Origin: Tubulanus polymorphus
Lineage: Eukaryota; Animalia; Nemertea
Length of the DNA: 64,000 bases
Reading direction: 5' to 3'
Assembly (NCBI RefSeq): GCF_964204645.1
Contig: NC_134029.1
Location: forward strand, 1,922,001-1,986,000
Position 1 is the first letter of the stretch. Each line of letters starts with the position of its first letter. The notes under the pieces are model-generated. The model saw nothing but the letters and a program-made list of their open reading frames with translations, was not told the DNA's origin and did no database searches. Positions 49,796 to 64,000 of this stretch are shown piece by piece. Position numbers and translations under genes: made by a program.

Positions 49796-52700
49796 AGTCA
49801 TTTTAGTTATTTACTATAAACATTTGGTGCTGTTATTATTTTCTCTTTATTTCTAGTATTTCAGTTACATTGTTTATGTATAATTAAGTTTTGTACGCAT
49901 CGGTAAAAGTCAATTGATGTCAGGAACTGTGAATCGTCACTCTGATCAGCGGATGTTCTTTCATTATAATTTTATTTTGAAAATGCTCCTATTTTTGGCT
50001 CAGGGTTTGAGTTAATTTCATTAATAGTTCTCAATAGGCCTATATCATTTCACATCTGCTGATCTCAGGATGCGCCGGATTTGAATTCTAATGACGTAAT
50101 CTCTGAAATCCTAACTGTATGAAATTCATCGTAATTATTGTATAAATCTTGTCACAATTTTTTATCGAGTCGAGTACTTAAAATATCAGTTTAACATTTC
50201 TGTGATTTGTGTGAAAGAGTGTATTTAAAGTGTTGTATTAATGTAGTGAACGTTTCACCCGTTTTTCAAAAAAAAAATGTTCCTTTTCTGTTATAAGCAG
50301 AGGTATATTATTAGGAGGTGCTGTACGCTATATTTTGATTACTTAAAATGCTTTGAATATTAAATGGTAACTGTGCTGTCTTCTACAGGACTCCTTCAAA
50401 AGCTGGGGAGAGTTGAATGCGAAATGGAGTAACAAAATAATGGATATTCTTCTTACTGGGAAAAATGTTCTTTTGATACTACTAGATTTTATGAATATAT
50501 TTACATGTAAAAATTAAACACAAGTACAGTGTTAATGGTACGCTCCTATCGCAGTGGTAATCCTTTCCCACTGTGTACCGCACAACACTGACACTTGTTT
50601 TTTATGGTAGTGGTTCAGTTTTATTTGTTTGTTTGTTGTTACGAGGTAAATGACAGTGTGTACAGGTATATTTTGCAGTCTTGGTAAATAAATGATCAAA
50701 GATATTAAAAGGTTTACGTTTAGTTATCTCTGTTTATGAGCTGCCTGCATTAAAGATTGTGTTGCAAGACTCACTTGGGATCAAGGAATCTAAATAACCC
50801 TGCTGTGGATAGACTTGCTACTTTTTGGATTAGCCTTCGATACAAGCAGAATATCTGTGACCTCATATAGTTGCGCATATTATTTACTGTCAGAATATAA
50901 ATACCGGAATCCTTGGACTTTTAACAAACAATATAAGTGATCTGATACAGATCCACAAAATCATCCGTAATAGCACAAAGAAAACTATAAGATCTTATTT
51001 GGGTATAAATTCACCAGTCTTCCAGGGTGTATATTTTTAGCTAATATTTATTTCCAAGTACAATAACTAAATCATAAGCATTAGCGTTTTGAACACAGAA
51101 TTTTACCAGTGAAATAATAACGACAATGTTACAAAGATCGAAACAGTAGAACCCAGAACAGCAGACTTGAATTCTAACTATTGACCAAATCATCATATGA
51201 ATTATGCCGGATTATGTTTAGAATCAGTTCTGAATTTGAAATACGCTGATCTGAAGATCAATAGATCATTGAATTCAAACAGTTGTTCATGATTATACGA
51301 TAAAACATAAGAAATCAATATGTTTTGCACCGGATGCTCATCCGAAATGATGTTACATAATAAAACGAATTGTTCCCCAGTTAAAGAAACTATATCCCAT
51401 CTTAAATATTTCCATTCAAACCAAAGCAGCGAAAAGCACAGGAAAATTCATAGGATGCTGCGTTGATACAATAAACACACAATCTACGTGAAAAATATAA
51501 AAATAAAATGAGTCTTTCAAGGGAATGATTTTAAAATCGAAATCTAGAATGTATAAACCTGAAGAGGCACAAATAGCATATAGATATTACTTCAATTGTT
51601 TGATCTCAGCATCTTACATAATAATTCACTCTTTCTATTTGATCTGTAAAGAAATTGTTATAGCAAAAAAGTAGGGGAAGCACAAGGTTTAGATGATGAA
51701 CACGAAAGATGACACTTCGTGATTGAGTTAGTATGAAATTCCGATCTTACAAGACCCAACAAAAGTAACAGGTATCATCCGTGATAACTCGAGGTTCTAA
51801 TAAAAACCTAGCAAATGTTTCAGGTTACAACGTTATAGAAATAATTGTGTGTTATCATCATTTCAATGAAAATACGTATGATGCTGCTAGGTTTTTTTTA
51901 AATATTTGTTGGAGTGATTTCTTTGTGACTAGCTTCTAGATTGTAGCACTACTATAAAAGCCCATTACATCCAGAGATATTAGAATAACCTTCTTTAGCC
52001 CGACGTTATTAAATACAACATTATATGCTACGTGTCCTAACTGCAGCAATAAAAATTCTCATCCCCTTGTCCAGTAGAGTTACTTTTTTTAATTTCTTTT
52101 TTTCCAATTGCGCTGTAAATTTAATATTCTTGCGATGATGTTGTTAAATCTTTATTTATAACTAATAATGTACACTGACTAATTAATTAATTAATTAATG
52201 ATTTTAAATTAACTTTGATCGCACCTTCAGCGAAAAATATGCAATGTGTGTATAATGAATTATATATAATGTATATAACCTTCTCCAGTTTCACTAAACA
52301 AAATATTGGATAAAATACATTCCACGTTTATAACACAAAATGCATGCAAAAATATACAATCAATGACCAGTTTATCAGACATACAATTGCCCTGGTTGTT
52401 TTCATGACCAACTTGCTGAATTTACACAAAGGAAAGCTGATAAATGCTACGACTGATAAACTGGTCATCGCTTTAAAATGCCAGTAGCTAGCTACTTCAG
52501 TAATTTCATTACTCTCCTACCAAATAAGCATTTACCAGCACACAGTTCAAACTTGACTGTGTCTTGGAAGTTCTTTCTGAGGTAATAACTGTAAAGCTCA
52601 TTTAAAATATGGTACAATGGCATTCGTAAGTGCAATTCAATAACCCACCCTCCACCATCAAAAACATTCATGACTTCACATTGATTATTAACACAAATTT

Positions 52701-55169
52701 TTTTCTTTTTTTTCCATAACGTGAAGAAGTGACCGGTGCCCATAATATGTATAATGTACATTAGGTATATGTCATATGTGTTCTCCTATTTTAATAGATA
52801 ACTAGGTATAACTTTATTGTAAGACCTAATTTCTAAAGTTGATAATCTAGACGTTTCAAATCAAATGTCACTTTATTTTGACACTGATTAGTTTTTCGGC
52901 ACATATTGATGACAATATAAAATGTACAAATGCGTGCAGATCAGTTATTACCCCTAATTAAACCCCACATTGAAATAGCTAGCTTCTCAACTGTGCAATT
53001 ATCTGAAGGCCGCGATAAAGGGAGAGATAACTAAACACATATTCACTACAACGCTACGAGCACAGTGCTATGTGTGCGCCCACAATGAAACAGAGCAAAA
53101 ACATACTACACAAAATATCGACAACAAACCACCTTCATCTATAAACAAACCGACCCTAATGGAAATAATCAGTTTAAAATGAAGATGGTCTTAATGTGCA
53201 TCAGGCTTGAACTAGACACAATTCATAAAGCGTGAAGATAATAAAAATCTGCTTTCAAGTCTAAGCTACGTAAGAAACTGACACGTAAAAGTTTTTTTTT
53301 TAATACGAGACCACTTCCAAAATCAAGGGTTTAATTTGTCCGAAATATGCTACCTGTAATGGGCTTTCGTGTACAATCATCACTTCAAAAACATTGAAAT
53401 AATCATAAAATAAGCTAAATCACCAAATTCGTGAAATCAAAATATTAGCACATTGTTCGACTAGAACTTAATCTAAAAATCTCAGAATTTTAAATCCTTT
53501 GTCTTTCCTGTTATGTTTAGCGAAGTAAAGCAAAGCACATGGAAATAGACAAAAAACAAGAACAAACATAAAATCCCTACTTTATAACATTACTGTACAA
53601 ATAAACATCTATAGACCTCATTTTGATAGTTTCAACTTTAACTAAATCTAGTCGTTAAAGATTAAACTTTCAAATCAAGGTAAGTAAAATTTCATGAAGT
53701 TTTCAACACAATAAATAAATATATTAAAACTATAGCAAATACTATGATATATTAGATACATAGAACCTTTTGCCTTTTCATTAAGAGAATAAAATCATGC
53801 AATTCTATCACAAAATGATCTTCAAGAAATTCAGATTTCTCAGTGATATGTACTGAATATTGAAATAGATACCGATCAAATGATGGTATGGAATGTAATC
53901 AAAACGTACTGATAAAACAAAGCAAATCAAAATGTTCTCAAACTACCGGTATTTCATAAAAGAGTCAGGAATGTGTTTAGAATGTGTTTAGTAGGAAAGT
54001 GATCTCAGTCTGTATAAGAAGAGGCACTTGTATTTGATATGTATCTTGAAAGACGATTATAATGAAATAAACTAAAAACACAATTTCCACGCATTAACAT
54101 AATTCATAGACTAGAAACAGCTATCCAGCATCGAGACAATGCATAATCTCTGATATGTAGAAATCTATACTTGTAAGAACTCCCTCCAATACAGACATCA
54201 TCATCAGGTGTATGTATTAGAAGCATAGAGTCACTACATGCACAATTAATATAATCACTAACTGAATCTTTGTAAGATTCAAAACAATATTACCACCATC
54301 ATAATCATAATCATTATAAATCATAACAACATAATATACGAGTAATACATAGTTTAATACGGTGCCACTTGGTGGCGTTACCATTCATATTCATTGATAA
54401 CTGATGATGATAAATTAAGAGGCTGATGGAACGCATTCGTTTTAAATTCAGACACATTTCGTTTTGATCAATATTTCAACATAAGATTGAAAGTTCGTTT
54501 TGGTAAATCGCGTTCTATTCCAATCCACCTGTCATCATCGATTTGAACAGATGTCTTCTCATTCATTGAGGGATACTCTCATGTCTGAGATTGTCACATT
54601 CACTTCGGAATTGACTTTTCAATATTTTGGTCAACATTGATATGCGATAGTATCCCTTTAAAAGTGAATTTGTTGCTAAATGAAGATATACGACTACTGC
54701 TTTAAGCATTTACATTGATTTGACATGAGCATGCAAATCATGAACACAAAGAACAGAGATTTTATTTTGTACATTATGAACAACTGACCCTGATCACAAG
54801 TTATATGAATAAATAACATCTAATGTTAGTGTGTGTGTGTATATTACCTGACCCCAACAGTGTTTTTATATCGTGATGAAAGTCAAATCCCTCACCGAAA
54901 AGATCGCAAAGTAAAAACTGTGTTGATATTATGTTTTTCATTTTCGAGAACGTCCACTTCGGTAAGGGGTACATAACACGTATTACATCAGTAATTTCAC
55001 TCATGGTCTACAAAAATAGAGCGTAGAGCTCAATACTGTGCAAATGTGATTTGTATGCAAATTACACAAACAAAGTCTCTCATTCGAAAGGCGCAAAACA
55101 CACTTCAAAACTCTTACTGTGTCTCGAGCGTGAATTGCCATAAATTGTGTCTCTTTTCAGTCGAAAATT

Positions 55170-57878
55170 TTACTTATTCGCGATTTTGTTGAAATTGGTG
55201 ACGACGAAACTGCGAACGGGATCGTAGACCTGATGTTGAAAGGCGACAATTTGCTGCTTCGCGCGCATATCTTTCAGCGCAGAATTGTCCGTGCGCAACT
55301 CGAAGAATATCACAACCAAAACGGTTAAAAATACGACCAACATGACGCTCGTGCCGAACGTGATCAATATCGGTTTCATCACCGAACAACAACGACTTCG
55401 TTTTTTCGGGACGACTGCCGCCGCTTTCTCCGCTCCATCTACGACATCTTTATCAGCTTCAGCAGTACTCGTACAGACAATCTCACCATTTTGTTTCTCT
55501 ACAGGCGTGCTCTCGCGACGTCTCATCACGACCGGCTCATCAACAACAACGTGATTCGAATGGAAGCGAGCTTGTTCTAATTCTTTCTGTAACGACTCAA
55601 TCTGCGCGTCGAGATTCTCGTGTCTCATCAAAGATGGAAAAGCTTTGTCTTTCTTGACGTTAATCGGAATAATTTCATCTTCGAGATCTTCTTCATCGGC
55701 GAGCGGAGCGTCCTGACTCTTCAACGGTTCATCGATATCGGACGTCGTATCCATTTCTCTATCGAGTAGATCGGGATTACTGAGCTTCGGTTTAAGTTGT
55801 ATTTCTGCTGTGATTGAGACAGGGGGAGGGGAAGACACTGCTGTTGTATTATCTTCAGGAATTACGAACTCGTTCAATCCACCATTCGTTTCCTTGTGTT
55901 CAGACGACGGTCTCTTCATCGATTCATAACCTACAAAAAACCACAGATAATCCCTCAATAAAACAAGTCTCTTAAAAAGTAAAGTGCTATCGTTTGTCTC
56001 GTTTGTCTGTGACAGTTTTACTACAGTAAACGGCTATCATGTCTGAATTATTATTCAGCACGCATAAACTCATCATCTCTTGTAAGATTTAACACCGATG
56101 CAGGTGACTAATTTCACACCATCATATACACACTACCTGCCTAGCATCTCTCTCTCTCTCTTCTCAATGTTTATTTTCGACTTGTTGAAAACAACTTACC
56201 TGGATCATGAGAAGAATCCCTGTGGTTTACTCTAGCAGGAAGAGTCTGAGTCTTCCTCCTATTGAAATTCGGGTTGGAGGGAGTTCTGAAACAAGAATTA
56301 CAAGTTATCGTTTTTTTTAAATTGCAATTTTCTACATAGAGACTTATATCTAGGTATCGAGGACATGCTATAAAGATATACCTTGAAAAGTTTGGAGGTT
56401 CGCGTGAAATATTCTTGGCTTCAGCAATCACTTCTTTCTGACATCGGCCACTGAAAACAAAATATTTAATTTCAATCATTGCACAAGTTTTTTTCTATGC
56501 TGGTATCTATGTGAACTGTAATAAGTCAGTAATTTCATAAAACTGATCAATCACACTGTGGATATTTATTGAATAAATTGATTGCTGTCAACCGTTTAGA
56601 TCGCATTCAAAGGAAAAATTGATAAATCATTGCAGCTGCTGCTGCTGCAGCTAGTGCGATGTATGGTTCAATATTACCACCGATACAGGGAGCCACTTGA
56701 TGCATATCCTGTGTTGGATGCTGCAGTAGAGTGGACCGGTAGACAGATGGATGACTTAAGCGAGCAGTAATATTTCTAAGGCTGAGGCTCAACGAGACAA
56801 GCTCGACGAGATTAGTTTTGACGATATAAATAACCTCTATACCAGACCGGATAAAATAGGAATAACATAAATGACATCATACACGTATCGCTCTATATCA
56901 AACCAGTGACATATCAATTTTTCACAGATGGTATATGAACAAATGTGGTGTAATATATATCATATCATTCCCCCTAAAATACGTAGTCATTTTATCAAAC
57001 AGACTGGAATTATTGAGTTAGCTTCACAATCATATTTTTAGGTAATTTCTGTATAATTGGTATATATATATATATATATGTCCGTCGAAGTGAAGAATTT
57101 TATAGATTATATTTTGAATGGAAAAAGTGACTACAACGATATGATTGACACTATATCAAATAACCTTTTCAAGACCTAAATGACATTCATATCATGCTGT
57201 GCTGAATGATTATAGATTTTTCATAATTTTATATTGCTAACGAGGAAACTTTGGTATCAGAAGCAAAACGAATATGAAATCTTATTACTATTAGCCACGC
57301 GTTTAGGAGATTTTCAGGGATGGATTTTCAACTCACAATCCATATAAAATAGTTCAGAAATCTGTGTATCATCGATTCAACTTCTGCAGTGATAGAATAT
57401 CAGATATCTTTTAAAGGACTATAATAGATTTCAGCGTCGTATTCCAATATCTAAGATCCGTGGAAAACAATATTTCAAAGAAACCATTTCATTTCTACTA
57501 CAGGGGAGCTTCTTATTTCAATCTAGTCAAATCTAAGGTAATAAGACTACCGACAATCCCACATGAATGACGTCTTATTTAATTTCTGAAAACTTACCTG
57601 AATCTGAATTTGGCACCTCTAGTGAACAACCCACCTCCAGATGAGACTTTCGAAGCCTCCGACGCTTTCGTGAGCCTGCAAATGAACAAGTTATAAGTGT
57701 CTTGAGATGAAATAAGATGTTCACTATTCAGAACATGAAGTATGTGGGAAATTGACATATCTTCCGTTAGCAGTTTTTCAAGGACTTACGTAAAGAAAGC
57801 TTGCTGTTCGACAGCGACCCTCCACAGTTGACGACACGCTGCATACGACTGACATTTGAATCCACACGCATGCTTCTT
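55170..57878 (-). CDS. FRMD5: FERM domain-containing protein 3/5-like, 3' part (end of FERM-C, FERM-adjacent region, C-terminal TM segment); 5' exons lie beyond the window
   Basis: Phase-consistent exons: 57790-57878 (KKHACGFKCQSYAACRQLWRVAVEQQAFFT), 57598-57675 (..SSGGGLFTRGAKFRFS), 56382-56450 (GRCQKEVIAEAKNISREPPNFSR), 56200-56285 and 55170-55930. The C-terminal TM plus 'ELRTDNSALKDMRAKQQIVAFQHQVYDPVRSF' resembles the remembered FRMD5 tail '[32 protein letters not shown]'. FRMD3 versus FRMD5 cannot be resolved. Confidence 0.85.
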
Positions 57879-60800
57879 CTGTAAAACATCAACAAAACTC
57901 ACATTACAAACAGACATACTTTCCATAGAGCCAAATTGGCGCTACATTATTCAAGACTTTACATGATTTGAATGTTCCCGAAATGCACCGTAGGAACCAT
58001 AAGATAGATAGCGAGATATATTGTGGATCTAGAATCAATGGGTACAATTTCTAATGAGTCTTAAAATAAATTTTGATAATAGCATTAGATGATTAAGATT
58101 CGTTTGATCTGCTAGATTGATAATCTTAGACTGTGGTGATATTCATGCTGTATATCTATGTTGTGTGTATTTGATCAGGTAACAGCTGAGTTCATCAATA
58201 TTCTGTTATTCTGCATTCTATGTGGGTTTGCCTTGTTGTCACCCAGTTTAGTTTTTAAAATAAAACCATACATCACGGCAGCTTGCTTTTCATGACGCTT
58301 AGAAAAAATATGTCTGTAATATCTATTTATCTATTTAGCATTTCCGGTTAATTCGCCAACATTCAATGTCTGGACATAATATTGCCTACAAACCCCAATT
58401 ATCATTTCCTTGCAATTCTTAAATTTGAAAACAAACACTATCATTATATAATACGAGCCAAGTTTTTTTTTAACATCCAGGTTACAGAGATAGAGGTCCA
58501 CATCGAAGAGCTAATGGAAAAATCCAGGGACATCATCATGTTAATATAGACACCACTGTTCATCTGTATAGAACACCATGTGCGCGTGTTGATTTCAAGT
58601 GACTTGATATGTGATGAGTCAAAACACATTTAAAAATCTGCAAGTGACATTTAAATTCATGAAATATGCCAAAATAAACCAAAAGTGAAGGCCATATCCC
58701 TTACATAACTATTCTAACAACTTAAACCATTGAGAGATGATGATGTAGCTTTGAACATGCCGATAACCAAAATACCATATTCATGTGCGAGATGATATGC
58801 CTTCAACCACAAAGCACATTGCACCAGCATTCATCTAACTAATATCATAAAATGAAATTCCACATTTGGGATGAAAAGGACCAGGGTCTGTAGGCTACAG
58901 CAGGTAATTCTGGAGAACTTTCCGCCGAAACTCAGAATTCCATTCATTGCCTAAGAGACATTTTACAAATCGTTTTAAACAGTATCAAACCCTCAAACTA
59001 TAGCTAGTTCTATTTGTAAACATCTACACTATTCTAGAAGACCTTTGAGATAGAAATTAGAATGTGAAGCAAAAAATAGTAGAAAACACATGAGTATAAT
59101 TGCAAGGATTCAATAGACTAACTAAAAAACCCACTGAGGAGGTTATATTCTGTGTGACGCAATCAAACCCACAAAGAATGCATGGATATAATAGAATAAT
59201 ACATATATAATAAATATTACCGGAGGTTGTTTAGAAAGTTTATTCAGCGTCCAAAACTGCAATATATAGTTCGATATGAATATTGCAGTTAGATGTTGAG
59301 TCAAGTAATGACATTTTATGTTAAAAATCATTGCAGATAATCTCTATTTCATGATATCAATAGCAGAAGAATGGAAGCATGAAGAATGCATGCAAAAATT
59401 CTCATCGATACCGAACTCCCTGGTGAGATATGGGTGAAGAATCAGTAAGCAGTGCAAGTATAACAAACACTGCAGACAGATATAGAAAAAAAACATGATT
59501 GTTCTCATCTTAGTCTTTAGCGTTCGATTATCAAACTAACAAATCAGAATAAACCTCCCACAAGCGACTAGGCGCTCTAAACATCAGCCTTGACAAACTA
59601 TTTATAGCAACACAGTTAAAAACAAACATTTCCTGAAAACATTTATCTCATAAACACGTTAACTTGATTTTGACGTAGCGAAGTGCTTTAACAAATGAGG
59701 AGCAACGCCACAGGACATCCATCACATGCGCTATAACAACTGAAATGGAAACTATACCCTACTAACAAATCGATTATTGACGAAGAAAAAGACGCAGGAA
59801 GGCAATTTATATTTTCGTCGAGACTTGTGATTTATTCACAACTGAAAAAGATATTTCCTGAGGTGACACAGGGATCACGTGATATATAACGCTGTAGTGA
59901 GTTTGAATCTACAGAAAAAAAGTCTAGCCAAAATATAGTATGAATCATCTCTTTACAATTTCCAAACAGACAGTTGTTACTCTGATTATAATCACTTTTC
60001 ATTTTCTTCATTTCATATTATACATTTAATCTATTTCTCAAGATTCAAGCTCCCTACACACAAACATGGAAAGCATTCTTCTGATAGATACACTTTGTAC
60101 CTAAATGATTTTTCATAGTTTATTTCACAGGTTTTATCTTCTACTTGGCTCCACATTTGATTGAAATATTGAGACATTTGTCAGGTATTTATAATGACTG
60201 GTATAATAAGGTATATACCATGTGAATAGCTATATCAATAAGAATACTGAGTAACAATTCTATATCTATAATATAATATGGGATAATAATTGCTGATAGG
60301 CCTCCCAAGCTACGATTGGCTTCCAGTCAGATGACCTAGGGTTAAGGTTCTGATTGGCCAACTCAGTTCTGGTAGGTTTCCAGTCAGTTAGGCTAGGCTA
60401 GGGCTATGAAAAATCAACTCAGTTCTGGAAGGTCGGCCATATCATAGGTTGACTTCTAATATGAATGAGACCAGACAGTCCATTTTGGCAGAAGGTTATG
60501 GCAAGTAGTCATAACAAACTATACCCATTACCATGTATGGGCCTTGTTTGCCTAAAACTATGAATTAGTGAATTGTCTTTGCGAATGGAGGGCTTTAGAT
60601 AACACGAAATATAGAGTTAATCTAAAACATTAGCTATCAAAATGACTGTATTTTTTCACTTCACAGTAACAAATAATTAAGCAGCTAGCACTGACATTCT
60701 GTTACATACATATATGCAATCAGTGCATTATGCATACAGCACAACATTAACCTATAGCAAACTACCGATCAGGATTGTTTAAATATTCAACTTCAACAAG

Positions 60801-63800
60801 ACACTAGTTTTGAATATTTCATCTCTTGCAATGAGTGATTCGCAAAGCACGCATCATGCATGGTTTACTGTAACTAACAGTAACATCTTCAAACATGTTT
60901 GAAATTGATCCCTTCACTACTTTCAAACATCTCCAACTTCCTTTTGCCTCTTCAGTACTTTCATTTCATTTCCTAAATGAATTCATTTCAAAGGGATATA
61001 TAGTAAAGGCATCAGCAGTGAACAGACCAAACACATGAGACAGACAATAGAGAGATAGTAAGATACCGTAGCGGCACTTGCACAGCTAAAGAGGCTGGTC
61101 GAAGGCTAGAAAAACATGGAGAAATATTGTTTATATATAAAACATATAACATAACATGAGTATGAATTTCTGATTAGTTAATAACATCGCGAATAGTAGA
61201 ATCTGCAGACTGCAGTTTACCTATTACAACTAACATTGAGTAGGCCCTTTCCTATGTATGAAGTTAATAATTAATAATGACAGCCGCCGATATTGAGAAA
61301 TTACTGAATATTCTTTCTGCTGAAAAGAGATACAGGTTTTTTCCATTTACGGCTCCGAGGTGTTCTAATAATCATCGCAAAACTGATTATGATATGAAGC
61401 GTGAAGCCATGGGCAGATTGAAAGGGCCTTTCGAATGAAGCGCTGGGAATATAAGCGAAGCAGGGGACTAGTTCAGAATCTGCAGTGGATACAGAATCTG
61501 ATAACAGAAAACGTTCATATACTAATATCATTTAAACAATCAAACCGTTAGAGTGAATCAATGGCTCTCGATTCAGTGATTGTGAAATTGTGTGTATCAA
61601 TCTAATCTCAAAACGATTCTATATCCTTCACAGTAAATACAGCGTGAAATCATCTCATTATGATCGAGATCTTTAGGTAAAATCCATTTATAAATTGGGT
61701 TGTCACTTTTAGTGTTTTAATAGCAGCCTCTCGTTCTGCAGTGAGAGACAGGGAGATTGTTTCTCTAGAAATAAAAACTATCATTCGAAGAGTCATTTAG
61801 CGCAGAGAATTGCCGAACGGTGTCTACGAATACTGTCATAAATCAGCCATACTGACGGTAATGATAATACAATTGCTGAAAGTTGATGGTGGTCTACCCC
61901 TCGCTACTGTTCACATGACTTGACATCGGTCAGTGTCTGCGCGTAGAGAATAATGATTCTATTCATTCAGAAAGAACACATGCCGCATGAATTCATATCG
62001 AGTGCGAAAATAAACATCGACGCAGATTAAAAAACATGCAGCCACATGAGTTTTATCGAATATGACAAAAGATGACCATGAACCGCGCGATAAGCTTCAT
62101 TTAAAATCAACTTTATTCGATTGTTGGTAAAAATATCAAATTCAAGAATAACAAAATACATGACAAATACATGGAGTATATGAGAGACTTGGAGAGTGGT
62201 AATGAGTGACTGGATCGCTCTTTTACGATCTATTGGCAATCTTCATCCCTTTTGACCAGTATTGTTAAATATAAATAGCTATTTTCTGTTCCGAGACGTT
62301 CAGACACTGAGAAGATTAGTTCAATTTCCACCAGAGACAATTTAAGCCCAATCATCAATAATGTCTTATTTCCTTTCAGAGAATGCTCATTTTCTATTTT
62401 TTTGGCTCTTATTCGATATATATTTTTCACAGGCATCTTCTTATCTGCATCCTCGTTAGATATTGATAACAAGTACTAAACTATTTGGTTTTTTCTTCAG
62501 ATCCAAATTCAAGCGCATAAAAAGAGCCCCAGTCATAGATTGCTTTATCTTCAATAGTGTTTTTCAGTTGAACTGTTTTTCGCATGCAGAGATTCCTTAC
62601 CACCACATTCAGAAACCATGATGACACTGACACAGGGCGGTAAGAAACCTGTATAATATCATATCATTTCAAAGAAATAAAATGTAAGGACTTAGCATAA
62701 CAAACTAGTAGATCCATGCTGTCGTTATACCAACATACATCTGAGCTTTGGATATATATATACATATATATCAATTAATTAAATCAAGAGATAAATAATT
62801 GAGTAAATATTAATGATATGATTGACAAAGCTCACCACTCCAATGCTTTTCTGCGAATGGTTACCGATCAACCGAAGTTGTGGAAATTTAGGCCTCCTGC
62901 CATTACCCAGAAATGGTACCTAATACACAATAATTGAGAAGGGCTATGAATACCATATTCATTTTTATTCAAAATCGTAAATTTTCTTAGAAATTCGAAT
63001 TATTTGCTTTTAATGTTATTTGAATTTAGAAGAGTATATGGTGCAAGCTATGATAGAAATATGACTGTGCTAAAGAAATAAGAACCCCCCCCCGGAATAA
63101 AATGATCCCCAGACGACAAAATCCGTTCTTCCTTCTATCAATGTGGTTGTACCCTTTACAGCTCAGCAAAGCCAGTCACATTTCATATTACACGGGTATC
63201 ATCATGGTACTTCACATTAAATGAAGGATAATGTATCAGATCACAATTTGCAACATAATTTTCGATTTGTCCTTGGACCCGAAATCGAAACCAACTGAAA
63301 GAAATTCATCATAAATCGGCCCAATTTAGCACCAAGCATACTGATCCTCACTTAATAAAACTACCTATTAACAATAGCACGAAAACCTATAGTTTTAAAA
63401 CTAAACAAATAAAATATAACTCAAGCCGCAATTGAGAACATAAGCGAATAGAAGTAGCATATGAAAAAAGCGTACTTGACTGAAATGAAAAGAAAGCTCG
63501 TAAATAATCGTGAGAACTTAGATATATTAATCATAACAACCTAATCATAAACTCTCTATAAAACATAGAAAAATTGTACTCGCAAAACGTGACGACCTTA
63601 ACCAAAAATTCATTAAGACTTTATGTTTGATAAAACTTAGTCAACTATGGAGAATAATTCTATCTTATTCATTTATACTTTTAATTTTCAGATTGTCAAC
63701 TAATGATGGTTTGTGTCAATGAGCGATAAATGTTTTTCATCAGTATAAATACACCTAGTTAGTATTATGTAAATAATTTCTCTATGCCGAGTGGTGCATT

Positions 63801-64000
63801 TTTAAGTGATTTCACTAAAGAAACTATTACCAAGAACTAAATTCATATAGAAATGAATCCCGATAAAACGATAGTAGCAGCAACGGAGAACAGCAGCCGT
63901 GAAATAACAAACCAACAGATAAAAAACACTGATAAACCGACTTACCTTCTACAATCGGTGAAATATTCAAACATAGAAATTAAATAAACTTGTTAGTTTC

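Noticed and set aside
55170-55958. Stand-alone 262-aa tail-anchored or consortin-like protein
   Set aside because: It is the last exon of the FERM gene (acceptor at 55930, phase-matched to upstream FERM/FA exons).

Overview
AT-rich genomic DNA from an invertebrate animal (lophotrochozoan-like, inferred), with four spliced protein-coding genes. They are CEP120 (minus, ~4336-10415), a FREM2/FREM3/ECM3-type matrix gene with a ~5.2 kb exon (minus, ~15255-38267), FBXW7 (plus, ~40114-47816, head-to-head with FREM2), and the 3' part of a FRMD3/FRMD5-type FERM gene (minus, 55170 to beyond the window end). Small repeats include MITEs, a Helentron-like element next to a ~450 bp (TAT)n tract, tRNA-derived SINE remnants, and a Penelope-like insertion with an inverted repeat, a 12-bp TSD and a degenerate hammerhead ribozyme. 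The main finding is two short exons missing from the ORF track (40114-40215 and 42564-42709). Together they encode a complete ComEA/EEPD1-type tandem helix-hairpin-helix (HhH) DNA-binding domain and splice in frame to the FBXW7 body, predicting an ~892-aa HhH-FBXW7 ubiquitin-ligase receptor. Two candidate alternative first exons lie inside the intron that splits the HhH domain and would produce isoforms without an intact domain. All gene models were assembled by eye from GT-AG sites, phase continuity and remembered homolog sequences. No database search or transcript evidence was available.
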